Below are positions 28,105-37,353 of a stretch of 64,000 nucleotides of DNA, one piece after another (positions within the stretch are counted from its first letter, which is position 1; each line of letters begins with the position of its first letter). A model generated the notes under the pieces. The model was not told where the DNA came from and did no database searches. It saw nothing but the letters and a program-made list of their open reading frames with translations. The stretch is taken from NCBI GenBank assembly GCA_048887225.1, contig JBHLJY010000014.1, forward strand, positions 1 through 64,000, written 5' to 3'. The stretch is from Candidatus Hodarchaeota archaeon (GTDB lineage Archaea; Asgardarchaeota; Lokiarchaeia; Sigyniarchaeales; SOKP01). The position numbers and the translations under genes were made by a program.

Positions 28105-28953
28105 CTATATAAACCCAAGGAAATCAGAAACATCCGATGTTTCACTAACTTTAACCTCAAAATAAGATTTAATGATATCAATTACAAAATTTAAGTATGC
28201 TTTCTGTAATTTGATGTTATATTTTTCTGTTACATAATCAACAATTATCTTTAAATTGAGGTCTATTTTTTGCTCACTAGCATAATCTATTATGGATTTT
28301 GATAATTGATATGCTTTACGAATCTCGTTTTTTAAGATAATATAGCTATACGATAAGTCAAACTCGGATAAAAAAGTTTGAATAAGATGTTCTTCTACTT
28401 TTAGCTTTTTTACATCGATGAAATTATTAGGGTTATTAACTATTTCATTATTCTCGAATACCATGTGATTTTTATACTTTTTTTTATTACTTTTGTAATC
28501 CTTCTTAGTCATAATTTCAATATCAACGTTAAAAGTATCTCGAGTAATGAAACCGAAAAAATTTCTAATATGCTCGTATAAAAATTCTTGTTCAGAGATT
28601 AATACAATTTTCTGTTTAGTGAAAATTGATTTAATTATATAAGTAAGCAATAGTGCAGACAAATTAAGTTTGATTAAATCTAAATTAATTACATCTTTAG
28701 ACGGAATTTTCTTTTCTTCAATCTCTTCAGGTAAAGCGATCTCTGGCACCTCAATTTTGAAATCGGCTATAAAATAATCTCTCACATTAAGGTTTTTGTC
28801 TATATATGCGATGAAACTATGTTCACATACAGCCCCAGTTGCAATATTAATTGCGAGGAGACCCCTTTCGACATTTTTCATAGTATCTTCTGAGATTTGT
28901 ATGAATCCATTTCCTTGACACGATGGACAAATAATTCGTACCTTTTGAGACAT
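28105..28953 (-). CDS. Hypothetical protein with N-terminal CxxC...CxH zinc module
   Basis: CPSC...VCEHSF; 282-aa ORF; central segment resembles the DENN core. Confidence 0.7.
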   Translation of the reverse strand: MSQKVRIICPSCQGNGFIQISEDTMKNVERGLLAINIATGAVCEHSFIAYIDKNLNVRDYFIADFKIEVPEIALPEEIEEKKIPSKDVINLDLIKLNLSALLLTYIIKSIFTKQKIVLISEQEFLYEHIRNFFGFITRDTFNVDIEIMTKKDYKSNKKKYKNHMVFENNEIVNNPNNFIDVKKLKVEEHLIQTFLSEFDLSYSYIILKNEIRKAYQLSKSIIDYASEQKIDLNLKIIVDYVTEKYNIKLQKAYLNFVIDIIKSYFEVKVSETSDVSDFLGFI

Positions 28954-29110
28954 ATTTTATTGTTAATATCCTCTATAATTTATGATTTTAGCATTAACAA
29001 ACAAAGTGAATTAAAACACATTATTTTACTGAAAATATAATAATATAACTATTATCGAGATATAATTTTTATATATAAAATTATGTGTGAGCTATTTTTT
29101 ATATATTTGT

Positions 29111-29590
29111 CTAATATCTCTGAACTTTAGCATAATATTTTTCAAATAAGTTAGAAACTAAAATACAGATAATAGTCCCAATATTTTCAGCAATTATAAA
29201 GGATATAATATTATTAAACCAGATGTTGCTTATAAAATAAGCTATAAAGAAGGGAGGTGCAAATATTAAAAAAATAATTAATAATGGTCTTACAACTGGA
29301 TATTCAAGAAAATTTTTAAATCTTGCTTTATCAAATATCTTTTTGGCGAAACGGCGTTTTATTTTTCTCTCACGCTGCACTTGAGCATAGCTATCAAATA
29401 TAACTATTGAGGCATAAAACAAAGCAAAAGTAGCTCCTGTTGGAATCAAAATAATTACTAAATAATTTCCTATACTTAAAAAATATTGAGCTACGAAAAT
29501 AAAAAATACTTGGATTATACCACATCCCCCAAATAACATTAAAGCAATGCCGAAGTATTCTTTTTGAGCCCAGCGAATTCTTAGCGGCAA
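29111..29590 (-). CDS. Hypothetical membrane protein (about 4 TM)
   Basis: Four hydrophobic segments separated by a basic loop. Confidence 0.75.
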   Translation of the reverse strand: MPLRIRWAQKEYFGIALMLFGGCGIIQVFFIFVAQYFLSIGNYLVIILIPTGATFALFYASIVIFDSYAQVQRERKIKRRFAKKIFDKARFKNFLEYPVVRPLLIIFLIFAPPFFIAYFISNIWFNNIISFIIAENIGTIICILVSNLFEKYYAKVQRY

Positions 29591-29630
29591 TCTTTTTATT
29601 ACTCCTGTTTATATGATTAAAATATTATAG

Positions 29631-29733
29631 TGGGCGCGGCGAGATTTGAACTCGCGACCTTCCGCACGTCAAGCGGATGTCATACCGGGCTAGACTTCGC
29701 GCATGCACCTTTTTGGCAACATTACACGCGCCC
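29631..29733 (-). tRNA. tRNA-Val(GAC) with a 29-nt intron at position 9/10 (29696-29724)
   Basis: Spliced 74 nt: GGGCGCG TG|GTCTAGCCCGGTATGACA TCCGC TTGACGT GCGGA AGGTC GCGAG TTCAAAT CTCGC CGCGCCC A; BHB central helix CGCG/CGCG with bulges TG|T and AA|G. Confidence 0.9.
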
Positions 29734-29930
29734 TAAAAAACACGCCCATGTTATTTTGACATGAAACTTTTACTATTAAAGAATCATTCTCTAATTATTA
29801 AATTTATTCTAAGTTTAGACCACTTATTCATAAATTTAGTTAGGTTATTCAGTGAATAATTAAATTTTAATCGTAAAAAATCACTATTAATATTGAGATA
29901 TAACGAAAAATAAAGTGGTGTCTAAAAGTC

Positions 29931-30206
29931 ATGGAATCTGTAAGTACCAAACAAAAACATCGTAAAAAAAAAATTTTAATTGTAGCAAGCATAGCACTTT
30001 TAACTACTTTAGCTATAGCAATAGCGTTTATATTTTTAAACAATTATTATAACGTAGAAAACAAAGAATCAGATGAAGATGATGAAACAAACACAGGAAA
30101 TCCAGGAGATGAAGGATCTGGAGGTGGATGAGGATGCAGCGTTTTAATTCAAGATATACCGAAAATTGATTATTCATCAGCGCTCCGAAAAATTTTAATA
30201 ATCTGA
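29931..30206 (+). CDS. Small single-pass membrane protein; candidate selenoprotein (UGA 30129-30131 read as Sec gives 91 aa; 66 aa if it is a stop)
   Basis: KQKHRKKK + TM + acidic/Gly linker ...GSGGG-UGA-GCSVLIQDIPKIDYSSALRKILII-UGA; SECIS-like hairpin 15 nt after the second UGA. Confidence 0.6.
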
Positions 30207-30221
30207 ATAAAACCGAATTGA

Positions 30222-30257
30222 ATGATTCATGCGAGTAAAAGCGAGTTGCATGATGAC
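30222..30257 (+). promoter_or_regulatory. Putative SECIS element (eukaryote/Loki-type)
   Basis: AUGAU / helix UCAUGCGA:UUGCAUGA / AAAA 11 nt after AUGA / UGAC, giving the U.C, G.A, A.G, U.U quartet. Confidence 0.6.
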
Positions 30258-30346
30258 AGACCTATGTGAAGGTTTCGGGAAAGTAAATTGAAATATAAAT
30301 AAATATTAAAATAAGCTACAAAAAAATAAAAAATATTAATTTATAT

Positions 30347-31567
30347 TTATAATTTTTTCTCTCTTAGCGCTTTTATCATTGGAAGGTCATTTCCAGAAAG
30401 GATTTCAAGCATAGCCCCTCCAGCAGTTGAAATAAAGGAAACATCCTCAGCTTTTCCTGCCATTGCTGCGGCAGCCCCCATTTCTCCACCTCCAATTATA
30501 GTAAGTGCTCCCTTTTTCGTAGCATTTACCATTGCATCAATCATTTCATTTGTCGCTTTACGGAAAATTTCTTGCTCAAAAATTCCTGGTGGACCATTTG
30601 CTATTATTGTTTTACATTTTAGAATTACTTCATTGAACTTTTCAACCGTTTTTGGGCCTATATCTCCAGTTGTGGTATTATATAACCCGGCTTCTTCAAT
30701 AGTAATGATTTTTCTATTACCATTGTCATCAATGATTAAATCTTCTGGGAGAATAATTTTATCTTTATAGTTTTCATAAGCTGCTACAATCATATCTCTA
30801 TTAACTCCTAAATCCTTGGCAATTATTTTGCGATTTACCTCACCCATATTTTTCCCTAATGCTTCAAAAATCAAAATCGCGGTCAATCCAGAACATAAAG
30901 CATAATCTAATTTTCTGTTGTCAAAGTTATATTTCATCGCTTTAAATTTATCTATTGCTTTCGCCCCACCAATAAGCATTGCCATTGGTTTTTCAGGTTC
31001 TTCCATTATTTTTTTCAAATTTTCTAATTCCTTATCAGTAATAGGACCCGCTAACATTTTTGGCCATCCAACGATTGAAGCATGCGCTCGATGGGCAGCA
31101 CCAAATGCATCAACAATAGCGTAATCCACTAATGGGAATAAAGTTTGGATCATAGCAGTATTTTCTGCTTCGGAGAAATCTTTATACCCTTTCATTTCGT
31201 CTTCAAATTTTCGAACATTATTTAACACTAAGACTTCTCCAGGTTTGAGTTCTTTAATAGCATTAATCGCCTCCTCGCCATAAATATCTTTAACAAATTT
31301 TACTGGACGGCCAAGCTGTGTCTCAATTTCTTTCGCATGAATATCTAGATCAGTAAAATCTGGACTGCCTGGTCTAGATTGGTGTGCTAATATAATTACA
31401 GCACTTTCTCTGTAGATCTCGTTTAAAGCAGGAACTAATGCTCGAATTCTTGGTGAATCTCTTATTTTATTATTCTCTACATCAATGTTGGAATTGATGT
31501 CGACACGTATAAGTACTTTTTTTCCTTTTAAATCCACATCCTTGTAAGATGTATAATCTATCTTCAT
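30347..31567 (-). CDS. pgk: Phosphoglycerate kinase
   Basis: RVDIN, AHQSRPG, DAFGAAHRAHAS, IGGAK, NGPPG.FE and STAGGA. Confidence 0.96.
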   Translation of the reverse strand: MKIDYTSYKDVDLKGKKVLIRVDINSNIDVENNKIRDSPRIRALVPALNEIYRESAVIILAHQSRPGSPDFTDLDIHAKEIETQLGRPVKFVKDIYGEEAINAIKELKPGEVLVLNNVRKFEDEMKGYKDFSEAENTAMIQTLFPLVDYAIVDAFGAAHRAHASIVGWPKMLAGPITDKELENLKKIMEEPEKPMAMLIGGAKAIDKFKAMKYNFDNRKLDYALCSGLTAILIFEALGKNMGEVNRKIIAKDLGVNRDMIVAAYENYKDKIILPEDLIIDDNGNRKIITIEEAGLYNTTTGDIGPKTVEKFNEVILKCKTIIANGPPGIFEQEIFRKATNEMIDAMVNATKKGALTIIGGGEMGAAAAMAGKAEDVSFISTAGGAMLEILSGNDLPMIKALREKKL

Positions 31568-31715
31568 TAATTCATCACTTTAGATTAGGATTATATTATT
31601 AAGAAAGTTTTATTGTATAATTATTTTAAATTCTTATTATGCTTTTTAAATTTAAAAAGAATAAAAGATTTAACTATTAAGTTAAATTGAATGAAATTAC
31701 TATATTTGTAAACGA

Positions 31716-32501
31716 TTGGTAATGAATAATATTAAGGAAATTTTAAAAAAATTACTTGAAAAGGAATGCTCAATCGATGAAGCTGAGAAACTTTTAAAAG
31801 CTAATCTAGTAGAAGAAGTAGGAAATTTTGCAAAATTAGATGTTTTTCGAAAGACTAGGACTGGTGTCCCTGAAGTTATATTGGCTCAAAATAAAGCACC
31901 TCAAACTATTATTGATATCATTGAGCATTTTTTGAAAACTAATAAATTTGCAATAATCTCTCGATATAGTGAAAAACAAAGAGAAGTTCTTATCGAGAAA
32001 TTTGGAAAAGAGGCTAAGTATGACATAGAGATAAACGAGTTAGGTAAAATTATAATTATAAAAGAAAAACAATTCGATTTCACTAAGAAAAGCGGGATTG
32101 TTGGAATAATCACAGCAGGAAGTTCAGATATTTTGGTTGCTGAGGAGGCAAAAGCTACAGCTATAGCAATGGGATGCAAAGTATTAACAAGCTATGATGT
32201 AGGAATAGCCGGTGTGCATAGAATTTTTAAACCACTTAGCGATATGATTAAAAGAGGTGTACATGTTATCATCGTGTGTGCTGGAATGGAAGGAACTTTA
32301 CCTGGCGTTGTTGCTGCTTTAGTGGATATACCAGTAATAGGCGTGCCTATTTCGAGTGGTTATGGTATGGGAGAAAAAGGCAAGGGAGCGTTAATAACAA
32401 TGCTCCAATCATGTTCACCTGGTTTATTAGTTGTTAATATTGATAATGGATTCGGAGCTGGTGCTTCAGCAGCATTGATAGCAAATAAAATTAGTGAATA
32501 A
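31716..32501 (+). CDS. larB: Nickel-pincer cofactor biosynthesis protein LarB
   Basis: R..RTG.PEV, AGSSD..VAEEA, DVGIAGVHR, AGMEG.LP, SCSPG..VVNIDNGFGA. Confidence 0.95.
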   Translation: MVMNNIKEILKKLLEKECSIDEAEKLLKANLVEEVGNFAKLDVFRKTRTGVPEVILAQNKAPQTIIDIIEHFLKTNKFAIISRYSEKQREVLIEKFGKEAKYDIEINELGKIIIIKEKQFDFTKKSGIVGIITAGSSDILVAEEAKATAIAMGCKVLTSYDVGIAGVHRIFKPLSDMIKRGVHVIIVCAGMEGTLPGVVAALVDIPVIGVPISSGYGMGEKGKGALITMLQSCSPGLLVVNIDNGFGAGASAALIANKISE

Positions 32502-32585
32502 TTTTATTAATCCATTTAAAATGATTAACTTTTAATTATTAAATAAAGTCAATAATAATTATTTAAACAAATTTATAGTTTTTCC

Positions 32586-33227
32586 ATGAATTTAATAGAA
32601 AAGTTGACTAAATCAGTTGTAGATGGGGATTCTGAGCAAGCAGTCTTATTAGCTAAAGAAGTATTAAAGCATGAATTGGATATTAATGAAGTTATCCTTA
32701 ATGGTTTGAACGAAGGTATGAGAATTGTTGGAAAACTATACGAAAAAAAAGAATATTTTTTACCTGAGATAATTATTTCAGCTGATGCCTTATACGATGC
32801 GTTAGCAATTCTTAAACCACATTTGGAGGTGCAATATTTAGAAAAAAAAGCAACTGTAGTAATTGGTGTAGTTCGTGGAGATATTCACGATATTGGCAAA
32901 AATTTAACCAAAATCTTTTTGGAAACATCTGGTTATAAGGTGATTGATTGTGGTCGAAATGTAAAGGCTGATACATTCATAAAAGCGATTAAAGAAAATC
33001 AAGCGGATGTTTTAGCATTATCAACTTTAATGAATCCAACTTTAGAGAGTATTGTTGAGTTGGTAAATTTATTGAAAGAACTAGGACTTCATAAAAAACT
33101 TAAAATTATCATTGGAGGGGCAGCTACAAACGAGATATTTGCCGAAACAATAGATGTAATCTATTGTAAAGATGCACCATCTGCTATTAAATTATTGGAT
33201 AAATATTTTTCAGGAGGAGATATATAA
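32586..33227 (+). CDS. Corrinoid (B12-binding) methyltransferase protein
   Basis: EYFLPE cap, GDIHDIGKN, STLM, IGGA. Confidence 0.93.
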   Translation: MNLIEKLTKSVVDGDSEQAVLLAKEVLKHELDINEVILNGLNEGMRIVGKLYEKKEYFLPEIIISADALYDALAILKPHLEVQYLEKKATVVIGVVRGDIHDIGKNLTKIFLETSGYKVIDCGRNVKADTFIKAIKENQADVLALSTLMNPTLESIVELVNLLKELGLHKKLKIIIGGAATNEIFAETIDVIYCKDAPSAIKLLDKYFSGGDI

Positions 33228-34282
33228 TGGAATTGGAAGACCTGCTGCAATCTGATATTTTTCGAGGATTGTTTGGAGAATCGGGTTCGTCAATACCTAC
33301 TTACCCAATTATGTTAGGTTATCCTATTTGGGCATATTCCAATAATACAGGTCTTCCAGCTCATGAAATAATGAAGGATGGCAAAAATCACGCAGCAGCA
33401 CAATTATATGTAGCCAAAGAATACAATTTACCTTTTGTTGTTACCTTCTCTGATTTAAATATTATAGGAGAGGCTTTAGGAGCAACTTTAACTTATATGT
33501 CCGATGTAATTCCCGTACATGAAAACCCAGCAGTTATAAAAGCTGATGAAATTGAAGCCCTAGAAACAATTGATCCTCAAAAAGATGGTAGAATGCCTCA
33601 AATAATTGAAACTTGTAAAATTTTTACGGATAAACTTGAGCGAACTAATCATATTTTAGTAGGAGGAGGGGAAGGTCCAATAACTTCTGCAGGTTCAATC
33701 TGGGGTATGGAAAATCTAATGAGAAATATGATAAAAAATCCCGATCTTGTTCATAAAGTTCTTGAAATAAGCACCGATTCAATTATTGAATTTTTAAACG
33801 CACAGATAGAGCAAGGTGTCGATTTAATCGCATTAGCCGATCCAAGTGCGTCTTGTACTTGTATTTCCCCTCAGTTTTTTCAGGAGTTTACCGTCCCATA
33901 CTTAAAAAGAATCGTTAGAAAAGTGAATTCTCCAGCATTCATGATTCATATCTGTGGAGAAACTTTCCAAATATTAAAATTTCTTGCTCGAATCCGAAAA
34001 ATTCTCGCAATCAGTGTTGATATAGTTGATATGAAAGAAGCAAAAAAAGAATTTGGCAACAAGTTTATTGTTTTGATGGGAAATGCCTCAACAGAAATCA
34101 TGAGATATGGTACACCTCAACAGATTGAACAAGAAGTAAAAAGATGTATTCAAGATGCGGGGGAAGGAGGTAAATTTTTACTTAGTACTGCATGTGATTT
34201 AGCTCCTAAAACGCCTCCAGACAACATTAGAGCATTTTTAAATGCCGGCAAGAAATATGGTACTTTTCCTTTAGAGTTTTGA
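33227..34282 (+). CDS. MtaA/CmuA-family (URO-D fold) methylcobalamin methyltransferase
   Basis: EALGA, DGRMP, GPIT, HICG and STACD Zn ligands; start overlaps the stop of the corrinoid gene. Confidence 0.9.
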   Translation: MELEDLLQSDIFRGLFGESGSSIPTYPIMLGYPIWAYSNNTGLPAHEIMKDGKNHAAAQLYVAKEYNLPFVVTFSDLNIIGEALGATLTYMSDVIPVHENPAVIKADEIEALETIDPQKDGRMPQIIETCKIFTDKLERTNHILVGGGEGPITSAGSIWGMENLMRNMIKNPDLVHKVLEISTDSIIEFLNAQIEQGVDLIALADPSASCTCISPQFFQEFTVPYLKRIVRKVNSPAFMIHICGETFQILKFLARIRKILAISVDIVDMKEAKKEFGNKFIVLMGNASTEIMRYGTPQQIEQEVKRCIQDAGEGGKFLLSTACDLAPKTPPDNIRAFLNAGKKYGTFPLEF

Positions 34283-34293
34283 AAAAGATATTA

Positions 34294-35106
34294 TTAATCG
34301 TCAATCATTCTTTTATGACCTTTTGGACAAGTTCCATAGGTACAGTCGTAAAAGCCATCGTCAAACACTTCTTCTGCATTATAATGCTCCCAACAATAGA
34401 TTTTATCACAATTGGGGCAATAAGCATCTAAACCTTCATAATCATGGTACTTCTTCATAAAATCATGAACCATAGAAATATCTTTTTTTTTTAAGATTTC
34501 AAATAATTTCTCAGCAAGACCAATATTTAGAGATCTCTCGTGTGTAATTCCTCGAAAAACCAATGATTCTTCTTTATCAAATCTTCCATATCCAATTTTA
34601 TAAATCACAGAAATCCTTCCGCAGACAGAACATGGTAGGTGATATTCTAAATCAGACACCTTAACAATTTTTTCAAATGGTGTTCTTCTTTCTTTTTTTG
34701 GTGTCAAAATTTCAAATTCGGAAGAAAAGGCATCCCAACATTTTTCAAAAACATTTGACGCTTTTTCCCCAAGCTTCTCAGCATTATCATCCTTAAAGGT
34801 TTTAAGCTCACTAATAGATTGAGCTAACCGACTTTTTGCTGCATATAAAAAACCTTTAGAATTATCTAAATATTTTTCCTTTCCTTCTGAAGCAGCTCTC
34901 AACATTTCCCAGGCAGAAACAGTGTTGTAATAAAATTCTTTAGCGTCGGCGATCCAAACATTATAGGCACCATCATCAGGATTATTATTAGAAGTTAAAT
35001 AATCGATTATGTCATCCTTAGTTTTTTCAAGTTCTTGAATATAATCCCTAATTTTCCAAATTCTATCTCTCATATCAGATTTGGATTTTTTTTCATTCAT
35101 ACCCAT
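34294..35106 (-). CDS. Hypothetical protein: helical N-terminal domain plus Cys/His-rich C-terminal domain
   Basis: CSVC, YCPNCDKIYCWEH, DCTYGTCPKGH. Confidence 0.7.
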   Translation of the reverse strand: MGMNEKKSKSDMRDRIWKIRDYIQELEKTKDDIIDYLTSNNNPDDGAYNVWIADAKEFYYNTVSAWEMLRAASEGKEKYLDNSKGFLYAAKSRLAQSISELKTFKDDNAEKLGEKASNVFEKCWDAFSSEFEILTPKKERRTPFEKIVKVSDLEYHLPCSVCGRISVIYKIGYGRFDKEESLVFRGITHERSLNIGLAEKLFEILKKKDISMVHDFMKKYHDYEGLDAYCPNCDKIYCWEHYNAEEVFDDGFYDCTYGTCPKGHKRMIDD

Positions 35107-35337
35107 GATATTTATGAAAAAATACAGATATAAATCTTCCCTATTGATGCTTAACTTGAATTAGAGTGGGATTAATATGGGTTTTTTTTTAATAAAATGG
35201 GAGATAAATGGGTATATTCAAACGAATATTTAATCAAATAGAAGATCATTAAGTATAAATATTAGTTTCAATATATGTTTTATTGGACTAATTTTTAACT
35301 CAAAAATTTAATAAAAAAAAATTATTAAGTATTCAAG

Positions 35338-35877
35338 TTGAGACCAGTGGTCGCAATTATGAACAATGAATTTTTTGAAAAATCTAAGACATTTTTTGAA
35401 AATGGTGATATCAGTAACTCGTTAGAATCGTATGAAAAAGCTATTTCCTATATTGATCCAAAAGATAAATCCAGTTATATCCAATTTTTAAATCAAATTT
35501 TGAAATATTGTAGGGAAAACGATCTTCAAGAAGAAGAAGCAGTAATACTAAGAGCTTTAGGCAGAACTCATTCAATTTTTAAGCAATATGTTGAAAGTTT
35601 AAGGTATCATGAAGAATCTTTAAAAATCCAAAGACAATTAGGAAAAAAATTAGATGTTGCTGAAGGATTATTATTTCTTGCCGAAGATCTTGAAGTTTCG
35701 GGGAATTACGATAGTTGCCTTAGTACATTTCAAGATGCAGCAGAAATTTTTCGTGAACTCGGTAAATTAAGAAAAGCTAAAGAAATTCAAAAAGAAATTG
35801 ATCGAATAAGAGAATTTTCAAAACAAATGGTTGAAGATGAATACTATCTTAGTAAGTTCAATATAGATAAATATTAA
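35338..35877 (+). CDS. TPR-like helical-repeat protein
   Basis: EAVILRALG....YVESLRYHEESLKIQRQLG TPR_12-like repeats. Confidence 0.8.
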   Translation: MRPVVAIMNNEFFEKSKTFFENGDISNSLESYEKAISYIDPKDKSSYIQFLNQILKYCRENDLQEEEAVILRALGRTHSIFKQYVESLRYHEESLKIQRQLGKKLDVAEGLLFLAEDLEVSGNYDSCLSTFQDAAEIFRELGKLRKAKEIQKEIDRIREFSKQMVEDEYYLSKFNIDKY

Positions 35878-35919
35878 GCTAGTGTTATCAACCACTTAAT
35901 ATTTTTTTTATTTTTTTCC

Positions 35920-37212
35920 TTAATTTTTATATTTCTTATATTTGTTAAAGATTTGCTGAATTTTTGCTCGACCAAAATATAGAATTTTTTTTAATGGTAG
36001 CCTTGAATCATTAGCAATTTTCCTGAGATTTTCGTATTCCGGCTTAATATTTATGATCTTTCTTTCGTTTTCTGTATCAATATAAGAAATTTTATATTTC
36101 AAATCGTAATTTTTACCGTTTATTTCTAGATCTATATTTTCAATTGTTCTCGCTACGCAAACACGGTTAATGGTATTAAATCTTACTCCTAATGTACCTA
36201 ATTCGTCAATAATTTTTTCTATTAATTCAAATTTGTATTTTGGACAACATAAGATTTTTATTATATGGCTTGGTCGATTCTTTTTAGATATACTCGGAAT
36301 AATTTGTAAATCTAATATATCTTCTTTTTCCATTTCTTTAACAAAGTTCCCAAGAATCTCTCCAGAAACATCGTCAACATTAGTTTCTAAAACTGTGACT
36401 GGTTCTATATATTCTTTTAGGTAGTGAGTTTCAGTAAAAATATCACTCTCTTCCATTTCCCCATAATATAAACGCAAGATATTTAAAAAATCACTAAATT
36501 CTTTTTGCCCCGTACTATAGACTACTTTTTCAATATTCATTTCATATGGTAAATTTTGCGGTTTTAAATTCACTAACAAAGCGGCTCCCGTAGGTGTTAC
36601 TAATTCTTTCTCAATAGGACCATTAACTAAAGCTAAATTCGAATCTTCTAAGATTTTTAGAGTTGCGGGAGCTGGTATAGGTAAGATTCCATGGGCAGTT
36701 TTAATTGTCCCTCCTCCTAAAGGTAATTTACTACAAAATATTTTAAAATCACTGTCAAAAGCTCCCAAAATATCTAATGCTTTAGAGACACCAATTATAT
36801 CTATTAATGTATCAATAGAACTTAATTCGTGGAGGTGTAGATTTTCAATTAGTTCACCGTGTATATCTGCTTCTGCTTGAATTAATGTATTTAACACTTT
36901 ATTAGCGTAATCTTTCGCATGATTCGAAAAATTTTTTCTCTCTAAAAATTTATTTAACGAGGATTTCAAAACTTTAACGGTTCGCTGATGCTTGTTTTCT
37001 TTAATTTCCATTTTAAGTTTATTTATATTGATACCTGATCGCTTGATCCTCATTAAATCTATATTTAGTTTAGAAACATCTGGTAAATAATCTTTCAAGT
37101 TTTTTAATTCGTTTAGCACAATATCAGGTTCTGGAACAAGCTCTAAAAGTGAAGCTAAAAACATATCACCCGATATCCCAGAATTGGTAGCATCAATATA
37201 TAATAATTTCAT
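35920..37212 (-). CDS. larC: Nickel-pincer cofactor Ni insertase LarC
   Basis: SGISGDMFL, AEA.IHG....LHLHE, AHG.LPIPAPAT, ELVTPTGAA, ETNVDD, TLGVR, KPEYE. Confidence 0.95.
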   Translation of the reverse strand: MKLLYIDATNSGISGDMFLASLLELVPEPDIVLNELKNLKDYLPDVSKLNIDLMRIKRSGININKLKMEIKENKHQRTVKVLKSSLNKFLERKNFSNHAKDYANKVLNTLIQAEADIHGELIENLHLHELSSIDTLIDIIGVSKALDILGAFDSDFKIFCSKLPLGGGTIKTAHGILPIPAPATLKILEDSNLALVNGPIEKELVTPTGAALLVNLKPQNLPYEMNIEKVVYSTGQKEFSDFLNILRLYYGEMEESDIFTETHYLKEYIEPVTVLETNVDDVSGEILGNFVKEMEKEDILDLQIIPSISKKNRPSHIIKILCCPKYKFELIEKIIDELGTLGVRFNTINRVCVARTIENIDLEINGKNYDLKYKISYIDTENERKIINIKPEYENLRKIANDSRLPLKKILYFGRAKIQQIFNKYKKYKN

Positions 37213-37353
37213 TTTAAAAAGGCTTCATTTTTATCGAACTAATAAAATATTTTAAGGGTATTTTAACTTATAAAGTTTTTAATACTAAATTTATATTTTT
37301 TTAATTCATTACTATAATAATAATAATAAAAAAGTTTAAAAGTAAGACTTAAA

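Noticed and set aside
27996-28181. 61-aa minus-strand ORF
   Set aside because: It overlaps the tRNA-Gly 3' half antisense and the end of the 28105 gene; spurious.
28047-29630. Two hypothetical genes between convergent tRNAs as an integrated element
   Set aside because: No integrase, no duplicated tRNA 3' end (att site) and no evident composition shift.
30250-30292. Box C/D sRNA starting at ATGATGA
   Set aside because: No convincing CTGA D/D' boxes at guide spacing. The SECIS reading explains both the hairpin and the upstream UGA better; kept only as an alternative.
34280-34282. Other TGA-terminated genes (e.g. the MtaA-like gene, 39516 gene, amrS) as Sec readthrough
   Set aside because: The stops coincide with the natural family C-termini, and I noticed no SECIS-like hairpin after them.
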